This document shows positions 50,101 to 63,421 of a stretch of 64,000 bases of DNA, piece by piece (position 1 is the first letter of the stretch; each line of letters begins with the position of its first letter). Source of the DNA: Phoronis australis (Eukaryota; Animalia; Phoronida); NCBI GenBank assembly GCA_002633005.1, contig NMRA01000451.1:290892-354891 (forward strand). The letters run 5' to 3'. The notes under the pieces are model-generated. The model searched no databases. It was not told where the DNA came from and saw only the letters and a program-made list of their open reading frames with translations. The position numbers were made by a program, and so were the translations under genes.

Positions 50101-52837
50101 GTACCTGTGACCAGGTGATAACGACTATTGCGTGACGATGCCCGGGGACGATGCCATTTATGGTTGTCACCTTTCGCCCGATTTCTCAGACCTTGATTAT
50201 TCTAGGCCGATGTAATCTGCAGGTGTTCAGCAGAAAAAGTTAGCGACCCTAGTTTCAGATTACACTAAAATTAGGCTGGTGAATGCGCAATCACGAGCTA
50301 CGGGTGCGTATGACACAATTCACTCCGACTTAGAGCACCGTGCCAAGTCTAATAAACAAACACTTGTAATCAAAACTTTGAACGCCAGTTGTATCAACAA
50401 GACTCTCAAATTTTAATATATTTGGCCGGTGAAAGACACAGGTGTGTTTTTGCAGTCTTGATAAATTTATTGATTAATATATTTGATAATATAACTGCGT
50501 GGAATTCGGGTTTTGTTGGTGATAAGGCTTTTAAACGTCGGTTATCAAACTAACCCACGGAGAGGCTGAGTCATAGTTTTCCGACGACACTCAATATTGT
50601 GTGTATTGAACGTGCTCTTTACTGAACAATGAGTACACACGCCGCCTTCAGGGCGGTTTGTACATAGTAGATTCGAACTATTCGGTATTCTCACTGACAC
50701 TAAAACGGTGCGTACAATAGACAACATGTGACAAGCTGAAATGGAATTTCCTTTTTCATCCAAAAGTCAATTATACGTTGATAAAGGGGCCCCAGACCCC
50801 TCCGGTCACGACGATAAAATACCCCAAACTTGTCGTTTAAAGGTTTACGCGTACATTTTGTTCTAGCAAATTGTGGTTGCTTCCCGCCAATGCTTGTGTA
50901 CTGTATCTATTATAGCAAATCTTCAGGTAATATTTAAGCATATGCATAAAAATAGTAGGGTGGACGTTTCTGCACCGTGCCATTTATACGGAAATAGACT
51001 TAATGTGTCTGAAATCACTTTGATGGTCGATTAGATATTGAAAACCAACCCATATGAAATAACATTCCATCATATGGCGCGTGCGTATAATTAAGTTAAT
51101 ATATTTCATATGACCAGCCCAGCGTCGGCGGCTGATTGCGCACAGCTGTTAGCCAGGATCACTTTCTAATTAAGGATCTGTTCGTGGAGATGGTTCGTCA
51201 ACCGTGGTCCAGTAATGCCACTAATTAACATACTTACCGGTAAATAATATATCTCCGTTAAAGCTGATATCGGCTAAATTTATTTATTACTGTCTTAGCT
51301 CTTTGAATAATGCTCTTTATTCATACGTCGAGACCAGGTAAAACTGATGAAGAGTCGCACTCATTAAGGCTCAAAAGCTGACTTTTTTCTATTTTTTAAT
51401 ATTTACAGAATCTTACAGTGTTTTTAACTGTTTCCCCTCACCACCAAAGTTTCTACCAACACTGCGCATCAACTTGACAGTGTCACACACACTCCAGCAA
51501 ATGTTGTACACACATTGTTAAGGTCAGTATAAGCTCGCAACACCGAGTCAAGTGGTCAACTCCTAGTTTCAGTCACAAGAATCAAGAGGTAGGCGAAACG
51601 TTTCGCGTTGCTGGTCTACCTGCTACCTGTCAGAAAGGCTCTGAAACCGTTTTAGAATTTTCGGAACACGCATACTCAAGTTCTCAATGTTTCACCGTTT
51701 CCTTGCAACTCCGTCTTTCTGTTTGTGATCAGCTCGGTATCCAAGAATAACTCAGCGTGATAAATACCTTTTAATTTAAGAACTAGAGTTTTAACCGTTT
51801 GTGTTCTGCACCTCTTGATGCGGGTCACAAATAGCAAGTGTTGACGGCATGCACTGATGGTAAATTGGTAAAATAATTACAACAACATTGACAAGAACAA
51901 TAGTAACAATGGTAGGAAAGAAAACTAATCTGGTAGAACTGAGCTACGAAACCAAAAAACTAACACGACTTCAGTAGTGTCTATGATTTAACAGGCCGCG
52001 AGTCACAATCTCGAAATTCACAACGTCCAGCGACGCGCGAAAGCCACATTTTCCAACTACGCTCGACTGTCCGAGAGTTGGTATTTTGTTTGACAATCAT
52101 ATGCCCGATAGGCGCTTCTAACACTATTCAGTTTTCCTCTGATCGGCTCAGTTCATTTGAATCCACCGGATTTGTGATTGGAATCTCAATTTTGTGCACA
52201 CGCATGAGCTGCAGGGAAGTTTACTTCTGTGCGATCATATCATGTCTAAAGTTACGCATTCTTTTTTCAATGACTGAAATACTAGACTGAGTCTTTTTAA
52301 ACGCGAGCGGGTCAAATTTGAGCTGAGAAATGTAGGCTACTTGTATCGAAAATTGCTTCACTCCCATTAGCTCAAACCGGGGAAAATAAATGCCCTGTTA
52401 CTCCAAGCGACGGGTGATGTGACGAGCGCGCTGAGGTTGCTCTTACTTATTAAGGTTAGTATTTCAGTTTTGTCCTTCACTCCTGCACGCCACGAAGAGA
52501 AAACCAAAGATAACTCAACTTAGCATTCATTATCGCATAAGTCAAGAACAGTGAGGCCAACTATTGCTAGTAATTTAGTTAGTAATATTGCACAGCTGGG
52601 ATTTCGTCGTAAATCTGCAACGCCATTTGTCAAACCAACGACAAAAGTTGATCCCTAAAATCATATTTTCGAAAAGTCTGTTCACGCTTTCACAAGTTGA
52701 CATATATCCTTGTTGTTCGGGAAATACTTTTCCCCGCGTAAAATAGAAACCCTACTTCATCAGTGAGAAATTAAGTGCACGCATCAGCCTAGATGTACAG
52801 TCATTAAGAATTGATTAGGAGTTGGAAACAAACCTAC

Positions 52838-52909
52838 CTGTTGAGCACTGGCGTAGATAAAAACAGCAAGAAAGAAAAAGCACGTCCACGATATCCGTGT
52901 GAGATCCAT
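52838..52909 (-). CDS. SMOC: SMOC/Pentagone-like exon 1, signal peptide (MDLTRISWTCFFFLAVFIYASAQQ)
   Basis: Hydrophobic core with an ASA cleavage motif; donor CAG|gtaggt; phase 0 matches the Kazal exon. Confidence 0.85.
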
Positions 52910-54962
52910 TGTGGTTCGTTCGACGATGGTCTCCAAATAGTCTTGTGAGATTTTAAGTAGAACAGTGGGGAATTCTGAACAAACGTTATTATATGTGGAT
53001 ATTTCAACGTTGGCCAGGACAGGTTTTTGCAAAAACTATGCACAGATAAAAAATATCTAACGATTCCGTCACATCCTGTTCACAGCCAAATCGCGTTTTT
53101 GTAGCTGATAAGTTCTGAATCATGCGCCAAACTCAAGTGGCAATGTCTCCGAGGCTTGTTTAGAACTTGACTGGCCCGTCGAGCGATCTGTCCCGTCTAC
53201 GATATCAAATCACGTGACTTACTTAATACAGTTATTAATTGGCCAGATGCAGTGATGGGATACTGTGCCGTTCAGTTGCGAATCCCGCGCTTTCATACAG
53301 TCACACTGTTTGAATGACGACATTTCACGCTGAAGCGCCGATAAATTGATTTACTGTGTGAATCAGCGAATTTTCTAAAAGTTCACCTCAAGTAGACCTA
53401 TACGTTGCCATATACAGCTTGTAGTATGAAGTAAAAGTCGACGTGAAGACTTTTTATGTCACTAAACAAATAAACCACAATTAGACGTTAAAGTACAAAT
53501 TGGTTCTGAGTGCAATTTCACGCAATAGTTATTAGATCGGATTGGGGATAGCCTCAAGCATAATTCACTTAAGTGACCAACCACGGATTGGATTAGGTTT
53601 CACTTTTACTTGCCCTCGTGGATCTAGGAAGTCCTGAGCACGGGGAACAAACCACAGTTTTCAAAGGAACATTTCATTGTAGTCCCTAAAAATGACATGC
53701 GACGCTTTCTCTTATTTTTAGACGAATCCGTAGAGGGCTCTAGTCTGCTGGGTTCCAAAAGTATAAACTGGCCTTGAACATTGTGATATTCAAATTTTAT
53801 TAGGCAGCTTTGTCAATCTTGACGACAAAAGAATTTTCCAAAGCTCAGGCTTAATATTGGCAATAAGCATTAAACTTGGATGCCGTACCGTACTCATCTA
53901 GAGTATTGCAACACGCGCTGGGCTTCCACTGCCTTTATCACTAGGTTGGAGTCTATCTCTCAAGCGGTTTTCATATGAGCTTGGTTTGATGACCTCATGG
54001 TTTAGTCTAGCAGTCTACCAATAGACAAATGACTGATATTCAGACTCATGTCTCTGAAATATATGTGAATAAATTTGCTAAGTTTACCCAGAAAATGGTG
54101 TCACCTAAGTAAACTCGGCAAACCATGACTGGGGTCGCACCTGCTTCCCATGGAATTACGCGCTGAAATTCAAATGAGGAAAAGATTTAAGGTTTTTTGA
54201 TCTGAGAAATGACATTTACCTCAAATGAAAGTAACATTATTCAATATTCGCCCACTTTTCTCTCGGTCGGTGCAATGATCTAACTGAACTAGACCGAGGA
54301 CTGGAAAAAATGCCCCTTCCGCTATTTAAGTAGAAATTTTGTCCCAGGTGTCAGAGTTTTCAGCAACATTTGAACGACATGTACTTCGCGTGGAGTAAGC
54401 CTGTTTCAGTTGTAGTATATCGTCATCTCCTAAATGAGTAGATCTAGCCCAATAACTCCCACCTAGCGCAGTCGAACACGACAAGTTTTGAACAATTTGA
54501 TAAGCACCTGCTCTCTAGATAGAGCTTATTCGATGCCAATTTAATGTTGTTTTGTGCTCCATTCATTTTTGATGACATGCGTTGCTGAAGACTTCGAACA
54601 TGTTCCATTTGGTTTTGAGGTAATGTTTTACGCCGTCAACATAGTGTTTCCGTCGTTTTCCATTCGCTCAGTGCTTCTCGACATCAACGAAATACTCCGG
54701 CTCACACCCCATTACGGTTCACAATTTTTATTGAAAAGTGAAGCCTTATATTGCAAGGATAATATTCACGGTTAATAGTGTTCATCGTTGTCTCCTGCGA
54801 TGATGGTAAAAAAGAGGATGTTACTTACTTGAAGGCATTTGGTTGGATAAGCATGACGTTTCAAGCCTGCAGCTCAGGCCCTTGATCACAGGTCTTTCCG
54901 CCGTTGTGAAACTGGAAGTAACACCTGCCTCCCGTTCAGTAACGTTTGGACCTCTCTAAAAA

Positions 54963-55130
54963 GCAAGACTTCGCGAGATTACGTGAGATGTTGCCGTGTA
55001 TTTTAAAGGAGAACACGTGACATTGACTAGATTTTAGCTACGTCCTAGCGTAGGTCCTAGCGTCTACTGAACGCACGTGCTCCACTTCAAAATACACGGC
55101 AATGTCTCACGTTATCTCGCGAAGCCTTGC
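54963..55130. mobile_element. Palindromic MITE; single-arm relatives at about 25120-25220 and 57905-58025
   Basis: ttcgcgagattacgtgagatgttgccgtgtatttt / aaaatacacggcaatgtctcacgttatctcgcgaa. Confidence 0.8.
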
Positions 55131-56312
55131 GTTTTAGCGAGGTCCTAGCACTACTGAATGGGACGCGTCGTTGCAGTCCGCCCTGGTCCCGGTTGAGTTG
55201 GGGGTTGTACTGCTTGGTGTGGGGCCTCTTTCTTACGGGAGTGCAACGCTCGTCTCTGGATAAAACTCGTGTATTGTCCACATTGGAGGTGTGGCCAGAT
55301 GAAACTACGCTTATTGGTGACCACTCCATCTGCGTAGCCGCACTATCAATACAGACACTCAACCGGAAACAGTTATTTTAGAAACTTTTCTATTTTAGTG
55401 ACTTCTCCGACTGATGAAACTTTTTACGTGTTCTAAACTGGGGAAAATAAAGGAAAGGTATCTTTAACACAACACAAGTCAAAGTTGACCTTCTTCCAAG
55501 AAATACCTTTCGCCTGGAGATTTACAACTTTTCTGACTAAAACTCTTACGTTGAACGAGATTAGATTGAATTATAATGGTAATTAATTAAGTCTAATGGG
55601 CTTAGCTAAGGATTTCCCAGTGGAAGAAGACAGACTCAATTAATCAAAGACTAACGAAATCTGTTCAGCTATAGATCAAACAATAAGCCACGGGCAGTGA
55701 GAGGAGTGGGCCGCAGATAACAGGATCAGAATCGAATTATACTGTTTTAGATTTTTTCACAAGTTATAAATTAATTTCATTTCCTCAAGGCACCTGCTAA
55801 GACAAACATGATCGCACAAGTTGTAGGTTTCACTTTGATAGAAATTACATTACATGAATGTTGTATCGGTTTATTAAAGAACAAAGATTTGTTGCTTGAC
55901 CAAAGGAAATGGCGAATGGACTTTGAAAATAATTCTTCTCAACCATGTGAAAGAAGTTTGTTTAATAGTGAAAAATCGTTGTGCTGCGAACGTATGCATA
56001 ATCAGCCAAAGCAATGTACACACGATACCGTGTTCTTTACAGAGACAATACGTGACACGTCGCGTGGTGTCAGTAGGCCGAAAACGTCAAAATGAAATAA
56101 AACTAACATTGTGATGGAGTATGTCTCCTGTTTACCGAAGAATAATTCAAATAATACCACTCGGTTCATGGAATCGTAATGTAAAATATCAAAAGTCACA
56201 TTATCGGCGACAATCATGTTGTGTATTTGACATCAGCCTCAAGACCTATTTGAACCCACGACCTTGGTGCTCGCAGTCCAATGCGACAAATGCGTAGCAG
56301 AGTTTTAACAAT

Positions 56313-56698
56313 TATTAATAAAAACATCTACGGTTTTAAATCGACTTGACATGTCTCGGTGTCATTTATTCAAACACCATCATCAGAAGAGAGAATATAG
56401 TGGCCACCTAGCTAGGCCCAGCAACATGTGATGAAACCCAGACACAGTCAGTTTCAGGGAGTGACAATAAACTGGACCAACAATGACAACCTGTGGTGTG
56501 CCAGTTGCCTGTTGAGATTCGGCTTCGACCAACTGATGTGTAGAGCCTCACGAATTTTAAGCTCCTTTGTTGTTTCTGCTTGGTCTTATTATTGCAAAGT
56601 CATTGATGATGGTGTTTGAATATAAGACACCGAAACATGTCAAGTCGACTTAAAACCGTAGCGTTTTTTATTATCTGCTGCTACTTGCTATCATGGAG
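56313..56698. mobile_element. Foldback/MITE with about 70-bp TIRs, same family as 22257-22440
   Basis: ctacggttttaaatcgacttgacatgtctcggtgtc / gacaccgaaacatgtcaagtcgacttaaaaccgtag. Confidence 0.8.
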
Positions 56699-59382
56699 AT
56701 CTTTTAACATTTTATGTTTAACAACTTAAGGCCAGTTAATTTTGGTGAAAAAAACAACGGACTTTGTTGTTTTTAGCTCTGGTTTAGGCTAATAACTTCA
56801 AGAAGTCTTCAAGAAATGCATTTTCAGCCTCAAACCGACTGTGCCCTTCCTTATACCACGTAATTATTTAATAGGGACAGTATCGGTCCGTTATTGATGA
56901 ATAAAGATTTCACAGTAAACATTTTAGCAAGTCACAGTTTAGCAATTCGCTATACAAACTATCTGCTTAATGAGCAATTATAGACATTTTCTCATCGACT
57001 GGTACTTCATTTGCTCAGGCGAGATACAATTATAGGAAATAGTTGTGTGAAGCATGAAATGTCTGATTTTTTTAAGTCTTCGGTCATTTTCCATGAAACA
57101 GAAAAAAGAATGTCGAAACTACGCTTTTCCGGGGGGATTGTTTCATTCTGTGCCGTTCACAGGCACAATGAGATAGCTGTAATGGTCCCTCGAAAGTGAG
57201 TGAGGTTCATTTCACAAACCAAAAGCTGCAGTGGTCGGTTGCAAAGTGAACAGTTCACGCGCGCACTAAATTATCGTAACCCTTCCCCATGTCCCCCAGT
57301 GATATACAAATAGAATGACAAGTTTTTGTTCCCAAACCAAATGCATTTCTTCGTTTTCTGTTGGCTGGGGATGCCGGTCACCAGGCAACACACCGTTATT
57401 GGACGTGAGGGTTTGTGAAAAATCAAATTGCCAAAGCGTCAGCGAAACACATATCGACTAAGCCACCTTAGACTTTTTCCAACCGACTAAGAAAGTTCCC
57501 CCGTACGTATAGACTGCGCCAAACATACGGCTTTACAATTGTGAGAATGATTCTCAGAGAAACAGTATAATTTTAACACAACCTTCAGGTAGTCGTTATT
57601 ATTCCAGGTGCGCCAAATTCGTTCTGGGCTCGATTGTTTGTTCAAAGTATTTAACAATCGCCTCAATTTATTCAAGTTAACGTCTACAAAATGACTGAAG
57701 TACCGTTTCACAACTGTGTCTCACAAGCCTCCTTTCATTACCTGGCGTGGCACAAGTTTATTTGTGAAAAATTAATATTCACACGCGTGTTGAAGCTGTT
57801 GCCAAAGACGACAGCACTATTCACTTCCATAGGCTGAACGACTTCTTCTAAAACCAATGAGGAAAATGTCGGCACAGTTCAAATACCGAGCAGAGTTCAA
57901 TAACACTAGGACTTCGCTAGGACCTCGCTAGAGAAGCGAGATTACGCGAGATATTACGGTGTATTTTCAATGAGAGCACGTGATTTTGGTTATATTTTTC
58001 GCGCCGCCAGACAGGTATTGAACTCTACCCCGGTCTGAGTCTGGAAATGGATGTCCCGATGCTCACTTGTAGGTGCTAATGAAGAAATGTCTTCACAGAC
58101 CGTCCAATCAAAAGGCAGGTGGAATGCCTGACCCAGTGCCTAAAAAATCCACTTGTCCGGCAGAACGATTATCAAGCGTTTGAACTGCGTTCCGTAGAGC
58201 ATTATAAACTCTTGCGAGACAACCGAAGCACAAGTCTTTAAGAGAAGCACGTGATCACACTAGCGTTTTTCGTGAGTGCTTTGCTTCTACCTGAAGTGCC
58301 CCACGCTTTGCCTTGAATCGTCAGGCGGCAGATCTGCCTTCTTTCGCCTACCTTGAGAAACCTACATTCCGATGGAGCAATTTCCGTTTCTGTCACACGG
58401 TATTGAACGATCAGCACTTCCTAAGAGATAGGTATCATTCGACTAAAAAGTATCATCACTCTGGTTCGAAGTGGATGGACTTGCCTCCGCAGCCATACAT
58501 TTTAATCCCTTAAAGCGTTCATCACGCTTGCCTACTTGGCAGACTGCGATATGGAGTTTCGCAACGCGCTCAAAACTTTTGAGGATTAAGAAAGACAGCA
58601 TAGTATTTTTCTCAACTACGAACTAACAAACTAGGTTTATGGTCCGAGTCTCGACGATTTGAGTTATGAAGTCAAATTTGAGGCAAAAACAAAGTTTATT
58701 TTCCGTTTAAGTCATTTGGTAGATATGCATGAGAGGCCTTGCGCGGTCCGAGATGACGCCCGGCAAAAGTATGTATCCACCCACGTACAAGACACAATAA
58801 TAAACAAGTGTACTTTTGTACTTGAAGTACTTCAGCTGCAGACACGACAATCAATACATTTTAAGTATTTTCAATATCTAACAGTAGTCACAGACGGAGG
58901 CGACACCTTTTTGCAGAAGACAGTAACATGCATCGTCTTACCAATTTTCCCAACGATGGGGTTTTAATGACCAAAATTAAACCTGCACGTGGCTCAATAT
59001 ATTTAGTTTGGTTAAAAACGGGAATGGAATTAGGTTTTGTGTTCTCGCATTCCTTACCTTGATAGGATTATACTTCCGTTACCATCTCAAGTCACAGGCA
59101 ATGCGTACATAAGCCATAAGCCTATTCGAATTCGCAATTTTAGGGATGGCCAACCCCAATAAACTCTGAAGGTTTTTTACTCACTGATGGTTTCAACGTT
59201 CTTGTTGACAGCAGAAACAGCATTCTATCACGGAGATAACGAGGCCAATTTAACGAAATCGGTCTTACTCTATTAAAATATGCCACTTATGGACTTGGTA
59301 AGAATTGAAAACAGGCTTTACAAGTTGAGTTGTCATAAGCGAGCACGATTTCGAGCAATAACGAATTGACGGTTGGCTCATT

Positions 59383-61017
59383 ACAAGACAAAACATGAGC
59401 AACGCGGAGTGTTGAAATGCGTCCACGAATGCACCGCTAACGGTGAGCTTCTAGGAGTGCTTATTTCGAACATAACAATGGCAACTAGATGGCACAAAAT
59501 ATGTCGAATCCATCCGGAAACGTGTATTTGTCATCAAAGCTATTTACCAAATTTCATAAAAATCCGCCAAGAAACATCTGAGAAATCAGAGGAAAACGAA
59601 AAAATGAAATTGCCACTAAGAGGCTATAAGCGCAAAAAACGTAACTACCACTAAGAGGCGCCAAGGTAGATCGGGAAAATCATCGTCAGTCTTCCGCTTC
59701 ACATTGGGAACATACATGCCAATTTCCACAACCATTCTTAGTGTGGTTTGGTTGACAGAGGGGCAGACGCCAAATTCAAGACTTGAAAACAGTAAAAATG
59801 GCCACAATGTGGCGAAAAAAGACTCGAATTTTACCGAAAACCGAATGATAGAGTCTCCTCACTAATAGATGTCCAACTGCCAAATTTTATGAAAATCCAT
59901 TGACGACCTTTTAAGATATAGAGGTGAACGTAAAAAAACTAAAATTGCCACTAGGGGACACACCGGTAGCCCGATCCCTCCGAAAGTCGTCATCCTCTGT
60001 TGTCAAAATTGAATGAAGATCCTGTAGAGCATTTAGGAGATACAGCCATGGGCGCAAAACAAACAAAACTGCCACTAGGAGGCGCCATAGTAATCCAAGT
60101 CATCAGGAAATTATCGTCAGCCGCTCTCTTCACAGTAAGAACATATATAATGCCAATTTTCAAAATCATCCCCAGAGTGGTTTCGTTGATAGAACGGCGT
60201 ACGCCAAAAAACAGACTCGAAAACGGTAAAAAAGGCCACTAGGTGGCACAAAGTACCTCGAATCCGTCTAAAAACGGGAGGATGGCATCATCTTACTAAC
60301 AGATGCCTGTCAAATTTTATGAAAATTCGTTGAGGACCTTCAAATGTACAGAGGTAAGCGTAAAAATTAAAATTGCCACTAGGGGGCAGACCAGTAGTCT
60401 GAGAGGTCCGAAATTAGTTGTCATCCGTCGACAGCTTCATGGGAACACATCTGCCAAATCTCATCAAGATCTTTTGAAGGGTTTAGGAGATACAGCCATC
60501 ATAATGGGCGCAAAAACAAATAAAACTGCCACTAGGAGGCGCCCCAGTAGTCGAAGTCGTCGGAAAATCATAGTCAGCTGCCCTCTTCACAGTAATAAAA
60601 GTGCTAATTTTCAAAATCAACCCGGCCTAGAGCGATCGCTTTGGTTGATAGAACGGCCGACGCCAAAAAACAGACCCGAAAACAGTAAAAATGGCCACTA
60701 GGTGGCGCAAAGTAACTCAAATCCGTCTGAAAACAGGAGGATAGCATCATAGATGCCTCACTGCCAAATTTTATGAAAATCCGTTGAGGACCTCCGAAGA
60801 TACAGAGGTAAGCGTAAAAAAATATTGCCACTAGGGGGCACACCGGTAGTCGGAGAGGTTCGCCAATTCTTTGTCGCCCGTCGTCAGCTTCATAGGAACA
60901 CATCTGCCAAATCTCATCAAGATCCTGTGAAGGGTTTAAGAGATACAGCTGCGGACGTCGGACGCCCAGACCAAGATGACGGCAATATGCGACCACATAT
61001 AAATATGTGGGCGCATA
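59383..61017 (+). mobile_element. Helentron/HINE-like element with a central tandem array (about 430-460-bp unit, about 3.5 copies)
   Basis: Repeated aaattgccactag..ggc and gccaaattttatgaaaatcc blocks; ggacg-type tract near 60953; 3' hairpin tatgcgaccacata-taaa-tatgtgggcgcata. Confidence 0.7.
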
Positions 61018-61262
61018 GCACGGAACTTGTGAGACCGGGCCAATTTTACATCTGATCAGTAACTGGGCTTTATAAGAATTTCTTCGACGGGAACGCATGT
61101 TTATTGCTACTTTGAAAATTTTCCAGGTGACTACAAATAAATGGGCTTATGTGATAGAAATTTTTATGTTGTAAAATTTAAGTGCAAGAAATGTTTTTGC
61201 ATTAATACATTCAAAATAATGATAAAAAGAGGAAAATAGAGGAAACCGGAAATCACATAGTA

Positions 61263-61600
61263 CAGTGGCGGATCTAGGATATCACAAGGGGGGGGCCAAC
61301 ATTTTGTCAGACTGGAAGCATTTGCGCAAACTGAGATACACGATTGTAGATGCGCATATTACCGAATGGGGGGAGGTCGGGAGGGGGGTTTGCCCCCCTG
61401 CTGCCCAGGAAATTTTTCTGTTTTTACCTCTAAAAATCAAGCATTTTCCTTGATTCCTGAGGTATTATCCAAGAAAAAAGGCAAAAAAAAGAACACGGAG
61501 AACGTGTCAAACAGGAATAAAATGCAGGTATCAAAGACTCGAACTCACGACCTGGCGGTTAGAGCACACGTACGTTACCACTACACCACCACAATTTAAC
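61263..61600. mobile_element. Left end of a CAGTGGCGGATCT element containing a tRNA-like segment (61532-61590, minus strand)
   Basis: TIR cagtggcggatctagg; minus strand reads gtggtgtagtggtaac...gtcgtgagttcgagtc; right end not found. Confidence 0.55.
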
Positions 61601-62203
61601 TGCAACTGTCATACTAAAAGACTTAATTGTTTATGGGCCACAGCGTTTGCGCGCGAAACCTACTTCTTTTTGTAATGCTTATTACACGTTTTATATTTTG
61701 TGCCATCAATTCTTAACAAATTTGTCGTATTTGAAATAGTCTTCAAATGCCCAAAAGACCAAATCCGTTTCTCATGTTGGCAATAATGACGGGATTGCTT
61801 TGGAAATCGTATTAACATAAGGTTTGACAAAGAGAGTATTGCGAGCTTCTGAGTGATTCACTAAGGCTTCGATTAAAGTTCACATCTTACCAGCAGCTTC
61901 TGTTTTTTCATCGTCACTCAGGTTCCATTTTCTTTAAAAAAATGAAGTAAATTTTCTTCATTGCACAGTGGAGCAGACGACGGAAACGGAGTCGTAGTGC
62001 ACAGCGCTGCTGCCGGTCACCTAGGATATCGCGGGAGATTGTATACTTAGCCATAGTTCCGTTACGAACGCGCCGTGTTCCGAATTTGACACTTGAAATT
62101 GGATTTGAGCCCCCACCCCTCCCCCCGAAACACTAAAACTGCACACATTTAAATCTTTTTTCATCCGTATAATTTTAATTACCGGGGTTAATTAATAAAC
62201 TCA

Positions 62204-62221
62204 NNNNNNNNNNNNNNNNNN
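62204..62221. other. Small assembly gap
   Basis: N run. Confidence 1.
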
Positions 62222-62997
62222 CTAAAAAAGGAAAATTCCAAGCCCTGAAGTTTGTGAGTCTTCTTTACGCTTATGTTCCGGTAATTTCAACTGGTTGCAA
62301 CTGAAATACTACCAACAGGGTTACAGACACAAACACTTGGTTTATGGATGGGTTAAAACTACTGGTAGACAATGAAATAAACATTTAGAAATAATTATGC
62401 ACAAATAATGTCTCAAGCATAAAGCCCAAATCAAAAAAGCGATGTGATTTAGTCCTGGGTCTATTTCACAAAAAATTTGGTCTAACTTGCACTCCATACA
62501 ACTATTTCTGGAACATTATATTATCTCACTCAGTATGTCTCTTAGAATTCTACTATAACTGCTAATTACGCATATAATTTGTACAACTTCTTCCAAGTTA
62601 TGCCTTAACAATTACATGAAAGTCAGTAAAATAGCCAAATGGGAGTGTAAGATAATTATTCCATGTTAAGCCTCAAGTCACTTTACATGACCCGGGGCAG
62701 CCTGGTGATTTGAACAGATACTCCCTTTGAATGAGCCAAACTTCTTTGGTGCCTCTTTTTTAACGAATCAAAAATATTTATTAAATCACCTGACAGCAGA
62801 TCAGCTTGTGTGAATGTATGCAAGGTGAGACAATGGAGAAAACTGACAACACAGTTTCATAAAGACTAGTTTACATTATTATATTTTTCAACTAATGGAG
62901 AACATTGATACTGATGCAATGCAGGAATGATAACATGAGACACAATTTCAAGTATTCAAAAAGCCACTGGTATAAAATGTTGATAGTTCTTCATTCT

Positions 62998-63070
62998 CTA
63001 TCGGAAAGCTATTAGTTTTGATGCAAATAGCTTCTCTATTTTGGCAGCAACATCTGGGTTCTTTAAATGC
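62998..63070 (-). CDS. STIP1: STIP1/HOP last exon (HLKNPDVAAKIEKLFASKLIAFR*)
   Basis: Matches the HOP C-terminal HLKNP..A.KI.KL...LIA.R pattern; phase 2 join. Confidence 0.95.
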
Positions 63071-63263
63071 CTGAAATAGAAACAAGTATTGTGATAGTCA
63101 AAAGGAGCGATAGAAAGCGTTGATACGCGCCCAGAGCATAGCAAACAGCAGACAAAACTTGTGACTACTATAATTATCATTATCATTTTAAACAAACAAA
63201 CGACACAAACAAGCAGTAATCTTAAAATTGCCACTAGGAGGCACAACAGGACACAATACTTAC

Positions 63264-63421
63264 TCTCTAGCTGCTGTGGGGTCATTCTGCATCTGATCCA
63301 GGATCAGCCTCATAGCAGGATCATTGAGGATCGCCTGCACCTCTGGGTCGGCCATCGCACGTCGCTTTACGTCTTCTGGGCTTTCACTGTCCAAGCACTG
63401 ACGATAGCCTTGTAGTGCCTC
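63264..63421 (-). CDS. STIP1: STIP1/HOP penultimate exon (end of TPR2B and DP2 domain); gene continues beyond the window
   Basis: EALQGYRQC...[35 protein letters not shown] is near-identical to the HOP C-terminus. Confidence 0.95.

Noticed and set aside
54580-54710. Minus-strand peptide KHYLKTKWNMFEVF, reminiscent of channel S2-S3 motifs
   Set aside because: Too short, flanked by stop codons and lacking transmembrane segments.
46282-56000. Smad/Schnurri silencer elements (GRCGNC-N5-GTCT), expected by analogy with Drosophila pentagone
   Set aside because: No correctly spaced match was seen by eye; a motif scan is needed before claiming presence or absence.
60000-61098. Several ORFs of 76-164 aa
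   Set aside because: They fall within the tandem array and the frames are not conserved between units.
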